Shown one piece after another: positions 18,975 to 29,161 of a DNA stretch of 64,000 bases (positions within the stretch are counted from its first letter, which is position 1; every line of letters starts with the position of its first letter). Origin of the DNA: an uncultured delta proteobacterium (GTDB lineage Bacteria > Desulfobacterota > Binatia > UBA9968); contig CAWDPO010000046.1 in assembly GCA_963804165.1 (NCBI GenBank), positions 320,001-384,000 of the forward strand. The letters are read 5' to 3'. The notes under the pieces are model-generated. The model searched no databases. It was given only the letters and a program-made list of their open reading frames with translations, and was not told the origin of the DNA. The translations under genes and the position numbers were made by a program.

Positions 18975-19955
18975 ATGAACATCGACCTTCACTCTCATTT
19001 TTTTCCCGTGGACGCGTTGCAAAATCCCGGCAAATTCCAAGACCGTGCGCCGAAAATCAGCGTTGATCAAGGCAAACTGTCGGTGACCTCGCAAATCGGC
19101 AAGCGTGCGGGATTGGGAGCGGGTGCCTACGACCCCGCGGCGCGGATCAAGGCGTTGGATGAGATGAACATCGACCTGCAGGCGATCTCGCCGTCGCCGA
19201 TTTTGCTATTTTACTGGGAAGACACCGTTGTCGCCGCGCACTTTTCACGAAAACAGAACGAGGCGATTCAAGCGGTCGTCAACAAACATCCGAATCGTTT
19301 TATCGGTTTCGGCAGCGTGCCGCTGCAAAGCGTGGCCGAATCTATCGCGATCGCGCAAGAGGCGAAGAGCCTGGGGCTCAAAGGGTTGGAGATCGGCAAC
19401 GCGGTTGGTGACAAGCCGCTCGATGACCCGAGCTTCGAGCCTTTCTTCGAGGCGGTCCAGAAACTGGATATGCTTCTGTTCGTGCATCCCCTGGAAGGCG
19501 GCGTCAAGGCCGACGATCCGCTGATGCCGATTCTCGGCAACGTCCTGCAATTTACCTTTCGCACGACAATGATGATCGAGCGAATGATTTTGACAGGCAT
19601 GTTCGAGAAATACCCGAACTTACGACTTTGCCTTTCGCACGGCGGCGGACTGCTCGCGTTTAATATCTGGCGTCTCGACCATTCCTATTCGCTCCGCGCT
19701 GATTTGAAGAAAGTAATACCGCAAAAACCGTCCGAGTATCTAAGGAGGCTTTACTTTGATTCCATCGTCCATTCCGTCGCGGCACTCCAGTATTTGGTTC
19801 GAGTCGTCGGAGCCGATCGGGTCGTCGTTGGGACGGACTATCCGATGGCAATGGGCGATTTTGAGCCGGTGAGCAAAGTGCGGCAGCTCGATATTGCCGA
19901 TGCGGAACGGCAAAAAATCCTCGGCGGTAATGCGGCGCAAGCCTTGAATCTTTGA
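18975..19955 (+). CDS. Amidohydrolase-family decarboxylase/hydratase (ACMSD-like)
   Basis: IDLHSH, LFVHP, SHGGG, LYFDS, GTDYP. Confidence 0.85.
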   Translation: MNIDLHSHFFPVDALQNPGKFQDRAPKISVDQGKLSVTSQIGKRAGLGAGAYDPAARIKALDEMNIDLQAISPSPILLFYWEDTVVAAHFSRKQNEAIQAVVNKHPNRFIGFGSVPLQSVAESIAIAQEAKSLGLKGLEIGNAVGDKPLDDPSFEPFFEAVQKLDMLLFVHPLEGGVKADDPLMPILGNVLQFTFRTTMMIERMILTGMFEKYPNLRLCLSHGGGLLAFNIWRLDHSYSLRADLKKVIPQKPSEYLRRLYFDSIVHSVAALQYLVRVVGADRVVVGTDYPMAMGDFEPVSKVRQLDIADAERQKILGGNAAQALNL

Positions 19956-20038
19956 CGCTAACGCGATAGTGCATCCGGTCCTGTAATCCATGAGTAACGA
20001 ATTATTAATCGTTCGATACCTTGTAGGAGGAGGCCGAT

Positions 20039-21034
20039 ATGCAATTGATGCTGATTGCAGTTGTGACGCTTTTTCTGGGCGCCTGCGCCACCATGAGGAG
20101 TGGGGGGTCGACGGTTTCGATTCTCGTTGACCTCGATCCGACAAGCTTTGAACGCACGGTGATCGTTGAAAGTATTACGGCAGATACAGCAGGGCGGCTC
20201 TATTTGCCGGAGCGGGTTACGGGCAATATTCTCCGCGTCGATCCGAAGGCTCCGAAGCCAGTGGTGGTCGGGCGGATCGAAGCGCGCGAGATCAAGGGGA
20301 AAAAAGTCGATGCCAACGGTAGCGGGTTAGCTTTCAATCAGCAGGGCGATCTGTTCGTAGCTGCCGGAGCCTTCGGCGAAGTCGTGCGCATCAGAGGAAG
20401 CGAGCTGAATCCAGCGAAACCGGGCTTGGCGCAAACTTTTGCCACAGGGACTCCCGGTGCCAACGGCATCGCTTTTGACCGCCAAGGAAACCTTTTCATT
20501 TCAGGCGGCGCCAGTGGAGACGTCTACCGCGTTGTCCCGAACGGGGGCGCAGCCCAAACCGCGGTGCAAATCGAAAAGCACGTGCGCACGCTTCCCGACG
20601 GCAAAGCACAGCAAGCAATCATCGCCAACGGTCTCGCCTTCGACACCAAGGGTGTGCTGCATGTCGCTGATACTTCGCGCGGCGCAATCTGGACGGTGGT
20701 GATCGGTGCCGACGGCAAAGGCGGGAAGCCTTCACTGTTGGCGCAAAGTCCTTTGCTCGAAGGCGCCGACGGTCTTGCCTTTGATCGCAATGGCAGGCTT
20801 TGGGTAACCGCCAACGAGCGTAATGCGCTTGTGACGGTCACGGCGGACGGGCAAGTGCGAGAAGTGGCAAAAAACGCCGGCGCGGGGCCGCTGGAATTTC
20901 CCGCCGCCATGGTCTTTATCGGCGATACCGGTTATATCGCGAACTTCGATACGCCGCGGCGTGACAACATGGACGCCAACGGCAGCTCTGCCTTGGACGG
21001 CATCGGCGCCTCGATCGCGCAGATCACGCCGTAG
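20039..21034 (+). CDS. SMP-30/gluconolactonase-family beta-propeller lipoprotein
   Basis: Lipobox LGAC; repeated ANGIAFD/ANGLAFD/ADGLAFD blades. Confidence 0.8.
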   Translation: MQLMLIAVVTLFLGACATMRSGGSTVSILVDLDPTSFERTVIVESITADTAGRLYLPERVTGNILRVDPKAPKPVVVGRIEAREIKGKKVDANGSGLAFNQQGDLFVAAGAFGEVVRIRGSELNPAKPGLAQTFATGTPGANGIAFDRQGNLFISGGASGDVYRVVPNGGAAQTAVQIEKHVRTLPDGKAQQAIIANGLAFDTKGVLHVADTSRGAIWTVVIGADGKGGKPSLLAQSPLLEGADGLAFDRNGRLWVTANERNALVTVTADGQVREVAKNAGAGPLEFPAAMVFIGDTGYIANFDTPRRDNMDANGSSALDGIGASIAQITP

Positions 21035-21042
21035 GAGCCGCG

Positions 21043-21819
21043 GTGGTGCTGCTCTCCATTGAAAACCTTCGCAAGGAGTATCAGGTTCGGGGTAAAAAAG
21101 TTTTGGCCCTCGACTCGGTGGATCTCACCATCTCCGAGGGCGAGTTCGTCACCATCGTCGGGCCATCCGGTTGCGGTAAGTCGACGTTGCTCAATTTGAT
21201 CGTCGGTCTGATGCGATCGAGCATGGGGCGCATCGTTTTTCGCGGCGAGCCCATCGACGGCATCTCGACGAAAATCGGCTACGTGACGCAAAAGGACAAC
21301 CTGCTGCCCTGGCGTACCCTGATCGAGAACGTCGAGATCGCATTGGAGATTAAAAGCGTTGAAAGGGATGCGCGGCGCGCGCGCGCGAAGGAGTTGATCG
21401 ATCGCGTCGGCTTGAGCGGCTTCGAGGAGCATTATCCGCATGAGTTGTCGGGCGGCATGCGCCAGCGCGCCAATATCATTCGCACGCTGATATACGATCC
21501 GGAGCTGATTTTGATGGACGAGCCCTTCGGCCCGCTCGATGCGCAGACCAGAATCGTTCTGCAGGATCAGCTTCTAAAACTGTGGGCGGCGACTAAAAAA
21601 ACCATCATCTTCATCACCCACGATTTAGTCGAAGCGATCACATTGGCGGACCGCGTCGTGCTGATGAGCTCCCGGCCCGGCAAGATAAAACTGATCGAAG
21701 CCATTGCCATTCCCCGACCGCGGGACGTCTTTAAGATTCACGAGAGCCGGGAATTTCGTGTTGCTTATGAACGGTTGTGGCAGGAGTTGCGTCCCGAGGT
21801 AAAGTTGGTAGACGCGTAG
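21043..21819 (+). CDS. NitT/TauT-family ABC transporter ATP-binding protein
   Basis: GPSGCGKS, LSGGMRQR, LMDEPFGPLD. Confidence 0.95.
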   Translation: MVLLSIENLRKEYQVRGKKVLALDSVDLTISEGEFVTIVGPSGCGKSTLLNLIVGLMRSSMGRIVFRGEPIDGISTKIGYVTQKDNLLPWRTLIENVEIALEIKSVERDARRARAKELIDRVGLSGFEEHYPHELSGGMRQRANIIRTLIYDPELILMDEPFGPLDAQTRIVLQDQLLKLWAATKKTIIFITHDLVEAITLADRVVLMSSRPGKIKLIEAIAIPRPRDVFKIHESREFRVAYERLWQELRPEVKLVDA

Positions 21820-21837
21820 AAGAAAGGAGACTTTCAT

Positions 21838-22851
21838 ATGAAACTTTTGACGGCGATATTTCTCGCAGTGCTATGGTGTTTTGGCTGGTCAGCTTGGCCC
21901 GCGAGCGCGCAGGCACCGAGAAAAGTCAAAATGACGATCCCCGTCGTCGCGCACTCGATGACGCCGGTTTATGTTGCCCAGAGCAAGGGGTTCTTTGCCG
22001 ATGAAAAACTCGAGCTGGATATCACCTCCACGGGCGGTGGAGGTCCCGACATCCGGGCGCTCATCGCCGGCGACGTGGAATTCAGCTTCACCACCGGTGA
22101 CAACGTCATTCTCGCCCATCAGGAAGGGAAAAGATTGCTCATGGTCATGAGCGGGCTTAACAAAGTCTTCATCAACTGGGCGATTCACAAGGAGAGCGCC
22201 AAAGCTAAGGGTATTACAGAATCGACGCCACTGGCGGAGAAAATCAAAGCGCTCAAAGGCTTGACCGTCGGAGTGACCAATCCGGGCGCTTTAACCGCCC
22301 ATCTCGCGGCATTTGTCATCCGCAAAGCAGGTTACAATCCGCAACAGGACGTGCAGATCATCCCGATCGGCGCCGGCCCGACCTGGCTCGCGGCTCTGGA
22401 GAACCGCAAAATCGACGTCGCTTTGACCGCGCCGCCGGTACCGGAGACCGCCATCAGCCGCGGATTTGCGATTATGTTCATCAACAACGCTAAAGGGGAG
22501 GACCCTTCGATTCCGGAGTTTCTCATGGAAAATCTGATCGCGCGGCCGGAAACGGTGGCGAAAGAGCCCGACCTAGTGCGTAGAATGGTGCGCGCGTTAA
22601 CCCGGGCCAACCAATGGGCGCATAAGAGTTCGCCTGAACAAGTGGCGGACGCGCTCAAACCTTTTATGGCCAAAACGCCTCCGGAACTTTTGTTGGCCGG
22701 CGTCAATTCGGTTCTGCCTACGCTCAGTGTCGATGGCCGCACGAGCGAGCGGAGCTTCCAGATTACACAGGATATTCTCGAACAGGCGGGTATCCTGAAA
22801 AAGCGCGCGCCTTACGCCGAGCTCGTCACCAATGACTTTCTGATGAAATGA
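21838..22851 (+). CDS. NitT/TauT-family ABC transporter substrate-binding protein
   Basis: Signal peptide, GFFADEKLELD; between ATPase and permease. Confidence 0.9.
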   Translation: MKLLTAIFLAVLWCFGWSAWPASAQAPRKVKMTIPVVAHSMTPVYVAQSKGFFADEKLELDITSTGGGGPDIRALIAGDVEFSFTTGDNVILAHQEGKRLLMVMSGLNKVFINWAIHKESAKAKGITESTPLAEKIKALKGLTVGVTNPGALTAHLAAFVIRKAGYNPQQDVQIIPIGAGPTWLAALENRKIDVALTAPPVPETAISRGFAIMFINNAKGEDPSIPEFLMENLIARPETVAKEPDLVRRMVRALTRANQWAHKSSPEQVADALKPFMAKTPPELLLAGVNSVLPTLSVDGRTSERSFQITQDILEQAGILKKRAPYAELVTNDFLMK

Positions 22852-23633
22852 TCAGCCGCGGACGTTTATTTCTTTACCGTCTGGTTTTCGGCCTCGTGCT
22901 CCTGGCGTTCTGGGAGCTGAGCTCGGGGAGATTGATCGATCCATTCTGGGTGTCGAGCCCCTCGAAGGTTTTCTTGTATCTCTACGAGGTGTTCGCCGAC
23001 GGTTCGATCTATGGCCACCTGGGGATCACGCTTTATGAGACATTCAGCGGCTTTTTCATCGGATCGATTTTCGGCATCGGACTTGGGTTTGCCCTTGGAC
23101 GCCGGGAAATCCTGGCGGATATCTTGGATCCTTACGTGGTCGCTTTTAACGGTATACCGCGCATCGCGCTGGCGCCGTTGTTTATCATCTGGTTCGGTAT
23201 CGGTCCTACTTCGAAGGTCATTCTGGTGGTGAGCGTGGTTTTCTTTTTGACCTTTTTCAATACCTTTGCCGGGGTTAAAGGCGTCGACGCGGAGCTCAAA
23301 AACGTCTTACGGATCATGGGCGCGACGGAGCGGCAGATCCTGATGAAAATCACACTGCCGGCGATCGTGCCGTGGATCACCACCGGCTTAAAAATTAGCC
23401 TGCCCTACGCGATCGTGGCTGCCGTGGTGGGAGAATTTATCGCCGCTAGTAAGGGTCTAGGTTACTTAATCAACTACAACACATCGCTATTTTCGACCAC
23501 CGGAGCGCTCGGCGGGATTCTCGTGCTCGCCATGGTAGTAGTCATCTGTAACGAAGTGATCAACCGGGCCGAGTCCTATTTGCTTCGCTGGCGGCCGCGG
23601 GAGGAGCGCAAGAGTGAAGGGGAGTTGTATTGA
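22848..23633 (+). CDS. NitT/TauT-family ABC transporter permease
   Basis: IPRIALAPLFIIWFGIG, AVVGEFI, GLGY; ATGA overlap. Confidence 0.93.
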   Translation: MISRGRLFLYRLVFGLVLLAFWELSSGRLIDPFWVSSPSKVFLYLYEVFADGSIYGHLGITLYETFSGFFIGSIFGIGLGFALGRREILADILDPYVVAFNGIPRIALAPLFIIWFGIGPTSKVILVVSVVFFLTFFNTFAGVKGVDAELKNVLRIMGATERQILMKITLPAIVPWITTGLKISLPYAIVAAVVGEFIAASKGLGYLINYNTSLFSTTGALGGILVLAMVVVICNEVINRAESYLLRWRPREERKSEGELY

Positions 23634-23965
23634 AAATCGAAGAATGAGTGAAAGGTAAGTCGACGGCGTTTTGGATGCCGGCCACGTGATGAATCCACCG
23701 ACGACGGCAGGGCGAATACGGTTATTACGTCATTCGTTGCGGCAACGATTGAGCCGAGGAATTCTTCAAGACCAAGATTAGGTGACTTTCTATCTCTCCT
23801 TGAAGAGGTAAGGAAACGGCATCGGTTGAAGAATATCGATTTCACCGCATCGACGCGAGGACAGGCTGGAGAAGTCGGATTCGGGATAATTTGTGGCCGT
23901 GTGAGCGGCCGCAGACGTAGCGTGTCTGTTTACTTTACGATGTTTCTAGCGTTTGTTGTGTCGTT

Positions 23966-24353
23966 CTAAGCCATCAAATGGGCGCGTAGAACATCTCGCA
24001 ACATCGGCAAGTGATGGTCTGTATAGAATCTCTGCGGCCCCTGCATTGCGGGAGCGGTCTGCACGTTCTTCAACGTTGCAGGCGGTTGTCCAGCCGGTAT
24101 TTATCACCACGGGTATGTTTCGCGTGGACATATTCGCTTTTAGACGTGTCGTGGCTTCGTCTCCTTTCATCCCCGGCAAGAGAAGATCCATCATGATGAG
24201 ATCGGGACGTATGCTGGAAGCTCTGTCTATGACCTCTGGACCCGTAGCGGCTTCGAAGACCTCATGCCCCAAACCGTGAATGAATGCCCGGAGTGATTCT
24301 CGAGATGTTTCATTACCGTCGGCGATCAAAATTTTCTTGGCTGTGTTGCTCAT
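23966..24353 (-). CDS. Single-domain response regulator (atypical; probable frameshift near 24012)
   Basis: KILIAD, PDLIMMDLLLPGMKG, IPVV; alternative-frame tail LPMLRDVLRAHLMA* ends at 23966 (ORF track ends 23946). Confidence 0.75.
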
Positions 24354-24367
24354 GTAGAAGGGCTAAC

Positions 24368-24382
24368 GCACAAAGGATGCCA
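24368..24382 (-). promoter_or_regulatory. Putative sigma-54 promoter
   Basis: Minus strand TGGCATCCTTTGTGC = GG-N10-GC immediately upstream of the response regulator. Confidence 0.45.
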
Positions 24383-24721
24383 GCCGGCACAGAAGCCATC
24401 TTCTTGGTACTTTCTTCCCAGGGGTGACACTCCTGGGACATTTCTCAGTAAGATTTGCGGAAAGCGAGACTTCATCCTGGAAGTAGATACTTCCCGTTAC
24501 CGGTCATGTGTACATTGGCTGAGTGGATTCCAGGGATAGGATGCAATTTGACTGATCCCGGCCGCAGTGCTGCGATTGTGGAAAGCTTTCAGCCCGGAAG
24601 GTGACACGAGCAGAAGCGGTCGGGGAGGTCAGAGTGTCGGGTGTCGGGGGGCATTAGCTGGTGTTTAATGTCTCTGTCGGTGATGGTTGAAATCCCTCGC
24701 GTTCAGGCGAAGTCAACGCTT

Positions 24722-24803
24722 GTCATGCCGGCGAACGCCGGCATCCAGGTTAAATTCCGTTCAAGTCAAAAACCGCCTTGATTCCAGCGTGCGCGGGAAT
24801 GAC
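24722..24803. repeat. REP-like palindrome GTCATGCCGGCG..CGCCGGCATCC // GATTCCAGCGTGCGCGGGAATGAC
   Basis: Inverted termini GTCAT/ATGAC with internal hairpins; related to 7036-7114. Confidence 0.7.
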
Positions 24804-24943
24804 GAAAACAGGAGTCGACTTCCGGTCGACAAACTTGAAACACCTCGGCCGTTCAATCCGAACAGGATAGTCTCAAGTAGGATTAGGCATTCTACGTGAT
24901 ATACTACGTTACACAAATCCGGTGACGATGAATTGGAGGGACA

Positions 24944-25222
24944 ATGTTCAATCCTTCACCGAAAATTGCTTTCTTGATGGTTGTCGGCTGCTTTGCATGG
25001 GGCTGTGCTCCGATTAAAGAAACTGGTCGAACGATCGGCCACACGACTCGCGATGTGACTAGAGAAATCGGTCATGGTGCTCGGGACGTTACGAGGGAAA
25101 TCGGCCACGGTACCCGGGATGTGGTGAGAGACATCGGCGAGGGAACTCGCGACGCGGTGAAGGCGGGCAGCGAAGAAGTAAAAAAGGTCGTGAAACCGTC
25201 GAGTGCGCAGTCGGAGTATTAA
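24944..25222 (+). CDS. Small lipoprotein with 11-aa tandem repeats
   Basis: GGAGG RBS, lipobox-like AWGC, repeats ETGRTIGHTTR/DVTREIGHGAR/DVTREIGHGTR/DVVRDIGEGTR. Confidence 0.75.
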   Translation: MFNPSPKIAFLMVVGCFAWGCAPIKETGRTIGHTTRDVTREIGHGARDVTREIGHGTRDVVRDIGEGTRDAVKAGSEEVKKVVKPSSAQSEY

Positions 25223-25586
25223 AAGGTAAATCGGATCTGACACCTGCGAGATTACTGTGTTATCAAAACGCGCGAACTTTCCTTTGTGGCTGTCCCTGCC
25301 GACACGGAAATCCGATCCGACTAGGCGAATCGGATCGGCACAGGTAGTCTAGTAAAACGCTAACCTAAAGATAGCTAAATAAGATTTCTTGGCTATCGTT
25401 GCGGGCCCGTTCATTCCCAACGTTCGAGTCCGATCGATCGGCGAAGACCTCCAAGCCATCTTCGAACCATGCCATAAATAGTTGCTGTTAAGGACGGGTG
25501 AGACGGCCAAGTAGGCCGAGCGCGATTCCTGGGGCATCGATTTCGTCAGAGCAATTTCGTCGGGTCACGGTAGCTCTGCGAGTCCG

Positions 25587-27119
25587 GTGCGTGTAGGATC
25601 GGCGATCAAGACCGTCGCACCGGCGCTTGAGCCAGAATCTAAAAATTCCAGTGGAAAATCCCAGTTGAGCGAAGGGCTCGCAACATTGAATTTGCAAGAC
25701 CAGACACAGTTGAATGACAGGCTCCGAAGGATCACTCTCGTCAATTCCGTAATCGGGATTTCCATCGCGGGAATTTCCACCCGGGTATTCATGATCTCCG
25801 TGCCGACGCTGGCGACGGCTTTGAATACGGATATGCTCGGTATTTCCTGGGCGCTGATCATTTATCAGATGGCGGGGATCGGGCTGGGCGTGGTGTGCGG
25901 CCGTCTCGGTGATATCTATGGGCATCATCTATTGTATGGCTGCGGTATGGCGACAATGGCCGTTGGCTCGCTGCTCTGCGGCCTCTCGCAGGACGTTTTG
26001 CAGCTGATCCTGTTTCGTTTTGTCCAAGGCGTGGGCGGCGCCATGATACAGTCGTCCGGCCGCACCTTGGCCTTCAAAGCCATGCCGCAGGGATCCGAGG
26101 GAAAAGCTCAGGGGCTAATGGCGATGTCACACCAGTTTGGTTTTTTTGTTGGCCCGCCACTGGGTGGTCTCATCATTGATTGGATCCACTGGCGCGGCAT
26201 TTTCTTCTTGCTGCTACTGCCGAGCTTGGTCGGCATGGCGCTGAGCACCATCACTGGGCGGGCGGTTGCGCCATCAGCTGCGCGAACGCGGTCGATCGAT
26301 TGGTGGGGCGCCTTGCTCTTCCTTGGATTGTCAATCCTCGTCACCCTACTCATGGATCAAAAAATTGCACGGGTAATGGGCACAGGCAGCCAGATGCTGC
26401 TCGGTCTAGCTTTTGTCGGAATGCTTTGGGGTTTTATTGCGCAAGAGAAAAAAATCCAAAGTCCGATGATCGATCTCTCTTTTTTCTCGGTTCCGGCTTT
26501 CGGCTTCGGTTCGCTCGGTCTGCTCATGTGTTGTATCACCCAAGGCCTGACGACATTCGTCACGCCTTTTTATTTGCAAGACGTCCTTAAACTCTCGCCG
26601 AGCTTCATCGGATTGATCTTTCTCGCGCCGTCGCTGCTCAGCATGGTGCTCTCGCCGGTGAGCGGCGCCCTGACCGATCGTATCGGCGCGCGCTTCCTGT
26701 TGATCCTGGGTGTGCTGATCCTTATGGCCGCGTTTTTGATCGGCGCCAATCTGCGCGCGGACTCCCATTGGATCTTATCTGCCATCCTGCTCGCTCTTAC
26801 CGGGATCGGCTCGGCCTTCTTCAACACGCCGTCACAGGCGGTGATGGTGAGCTCACTGCCGAAGGAGCATTGGGGCATCGCTATCGGTATCATCAACGGC
26901 ATCTTCGGCCTGGGACACATGCTCGGCATCTCGCTCAGCGGGATATTTCTAACTCTGGCCTTCCGATTTTACTCGGGGGATCCGGGGACGACGCCCGACC
27001 CCGGAGACACTCAAGTTTTCGCTGCTTCGATGAACGTGACTTATCTGTTCGCCCTGGGACTCAGTGTCATCCCTTTGCTGACTTCTATAAAAATGAAAAA
27101 GACCTCTCCGGCGACCTAG
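25587..27119 (+). CDS. MFS transporter (DHA2/14-TM type)
   Basis: GRLGDIYG, FRFVQGVGGA, GPPLGG, GALTDRIG; true start may be about 100 nt downstream. Confidence 0.88.
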   Translation: MRVGSAIKTVAPALEPESKNSSGKSQLSEGLATLNLQDQTQLNDRLRRITLVNSVIGISIAGISTRVFMISVPTLATALNTDMLGISWALIIYQMAGIGLGVVCGRLGDIYGHHLLYGCGMATMAVGSLLCGLSQDVLQLILFRFVQGVGGAMIQSSGRTLAFKAMPQGSEGKAQGLMAMSHQFGFFVGPPLGGLIIDWIHWRGIFFLLLLPSLVGMALSTITGRAVAPSAARTRSIDWWGALLFLGLSILVTLLMDQKIARVMGTGSQMLLGLAFVGMLWGFIAQEKKIQSPMIDLSFFSVPAFGFGSLGLLMCCITQGLTTFVTPFYLQDVLKLSPSFIGLIFLAPSLLSMVLSPVSGALTDRIGARFLLILGVLILMAAFLIGANLRADSHWILSAILLALTGIGSAFFNTPSQAVMVSSLPKEHWGIAIGIINGIFGLGHMLGISLSGIFLTLAFRFYSGDPGTTPDPGDTQVFAASMNVTYLFALGLSVIPLLTSIKMKKTSPAT

Positions 27120-27278
27120 CGGCGCACGGTAGGACCTGAGGTTATCATGCAAAACGGATCGACAAACGCCGTAAAGAGCAGTAAAAGTCAAAAGCGAAAG
27201 GCCCAGTTTCGCATCGTCTTGGTTGTCGCGCGAACAGGGACTCAAGATTAGATGATCTCACCCCACTGGGAGCTATTT

Positions 27279-28349
27279 ATGAAAACATATTACAAGTCGG
27301 TGGCTCACGTCTCCGTCCAGGCGATCGTGATCGGACTCTTTCTTAACTTGCTGGCGGGCAACGTTTTCTCTCAAACCGATTTTTACAAGGGCAAGACGAT
27401 CAAGATCATTCGCGGCGGTGGCCCGGGCGGGTCCGGTGAGTTTCAGACCCGAGCGTTGGTGAAATTTCTTGAAAAATACATTCCCGGAAAACCGACCATT
27501 ACAGTCGAATTCATCGAAGGCGCTGCCGGAAGAAAGGCGGCCAACGTGATCTACAGCTCGACACGCCCTGACGGTTTGACCATTGGGTCGATCGGTGCGG
27601 GCTTGGTGGTGGGGCCGATCCTGGGCCTCCCTGGCAGCAATTACGATTTGGACAAGTTTATCTATCTTGGATCAACCGACAGCGGCGACCCTTACATCTT
27701 CTACACCAAAGGGGAATTGGGATTGGACAGCATCGCCAAACTGCGCGCGACCAGCGGTATCAGATTCGGCGCCCACGCGGTGGGACATCCGGTCTACGTG
27801 GCGGGGCGCTTCATCGCTTATCTTTTAGGTTTAAAAGAACCGAAGTTCGTCACCGGCTTTACCGGACCGGAGATTTACATCGCGCTGCAGCGCGGCGAGA
27901 TCGACGCTCACGCGACCGGGGCGGCGCGCTTCGTCATCGAGCAACCCGAGTGGATCGAAAAGAAGATGGTTCATTTGCACGCAACCTACACGGTTCCCAA
28001 GGGGCGCCATCATCCAAAATTCGCGCAGGTGCCGGATTACGACAGCTTTGCCAAGTCGGACACCGAGCGCAAGCTGCTCGACATGTTCCGCGCCTTTCAG
28101 TATCCGCGCTGGCCCTATATCTTTCCTCCAGGAACGCCCAAGGAGCGAGTGCAGGTCATTCGCGACGCCATGCGCAAGTCGTTCGCCGATCCGGAGTTTC
28201 CCCACGAATTCAAAAAGCTCATGGGCGACGATCCCGCGCCGATGGGCGGTGAAGATCTCGAGCGCTCGATAAAGGAACTGCCGCGCGATAAAGAGGTGGT
28301 GCAGCTCTATCAAAAACTGGCCGGCGCCGATCCGCTGCCAGGGCGATGA
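27279..28349 (+). CDS. Tripartite tricarboxylate transporter substrate-binding protein (Bug/TctC)
   Basis: FYKGKTI, PGG, PDGLTI, PPGTPKERV, ADPEF. Confidence 0.85.
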   Translation: MKTYYKSVAHVSVQAIVIGLFLNLLAGNVFSQTDFYKGKTIKIIRGGGPGGSGEFQTRALVKFLEKYIPGKPTITVEFIEGAAGRKAANVIYSSTRPDGLTIGSIGAGLVVGPILGLPGSNYDLDKFIYLGSTDSGDPYIFYTKGELGLDSIAKLRATSGIRFGAHAVGHPVYVAGRFIAYLLGLKEPKFVTGFTGPEIYIALQRGEIDAHATGAARFVIEQPEWIEKKMVHLHATYTVPKGRHHPKFAQVPDYDSFAKSDTERKLLDMFRAFQYPRWPYIFPPGTPKERVQVIRDAMRKSFADPEFPHEFKKLMGDDPAPMGGEDLERSIKELPRDKEVVQLYQKLAGADPLPGR

Positions 28350-28398
28350 ATATCCGGTACTCGTTAATGGGTCGTTGTGTTTGATCGGCGTTACGGGG

Positions 28399-28429
28399 TT
28401 GACAGTCTTTTTTTTATATTCGATAAATT
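28399..28429 (+). promoter_or_regulatory. Putative sigma-70 promoter of the DUF1326 operon
   Basis: Perfect TTGACA at 28399 followed by an AT-rich spacer and GATAAA/TAAATT; -10 match weak. Confidence 0.35.
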
Positions 28430-28513
28430 AGCGGACACTGCTGCAAGCAGAACACCTCATAAAATCGGCCGACGGGAACCACGCCCCGGCGGCTTCACAT
28501 AACAGGAGGATCC

Positions 28514-29116
28514 ATGGCGTACAAACTTGAAGGCAGCCTTCTCGAAGTCTGCAATTGCGAAGTGCTGTGTCCCTGCTGGGTCGGTATGGACCCGGATAGG
28601 GGGACTTGCGATACGGCGTTGGCGCATCATTTCGAAAAAGGTGAAATCGATGGTGTCGATGTGTCGGGGCTCACCATGGGGTTCACCGCGCATGTTCCTG
28701 GAAACATCTTGAAAGGCAACTGGCGCGTCGTGGTACATATCGATGCGCGAGCCACGAAGACTCAGGAAGAGGCACTGCTCACGGTCTACACCGGCAAACA
28801 GGGCGGCCCCGTGGCCGATCTCGTCAAGTTGATTGGCGAGGTGGTTGCCGTAGAGCGCTCGCCGATTGAGTTCGAAGTTTCGGAAGGCAAGGGAACGTTG
28901 CGGATCGGCAGTGTTGCTGACTGTGAGATGGAGCCTTTTCGTGGTCCCAACGGCGAGGTGACAACGCTTCGCGATTCCATATTTACGACCATTCCCGGCT
29001 CGCCCGCTTACGTGGCCAGGGCGACCAAGTTCAAGATGAATAACCCTGCGTTGGGGCAAAACATCGACCTCAAGGATCACAACGCGATTCAGGGAAAATT
29101 CATTTTTCAGAGCTAG
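28514..29116 (+). CDS. DUF1326 domain protein (Cys-rich metal-binding)
   Basis: E.CNC..LCPC...P..G.C motif, GVDVSGL, PG.IL.GNW. Confidence 0.85.
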   Translation: MAYKLEGSLLEVCNCEVLCPCWVGMDPDRGTCDTALAHHFEKGEIDGVDVSGLTMGFTAHVPGNILKGNWRVVVHIDARATKTQEEALLTVYTGKQGGPVADLVKLIGEVVAVERSPIEFEVSEGKGTLRIGSVADCEMEPFRGPNGEVTTLRDSIFTTIPGSPAYVARATKFKMNNPALGQNIDLKDHNAIQGKFIFQS

Positions 29117-29161
29117 ATTTTCCCGCGCGCCGATCCGAGGCGAACGAACTAGCGGAACGCC

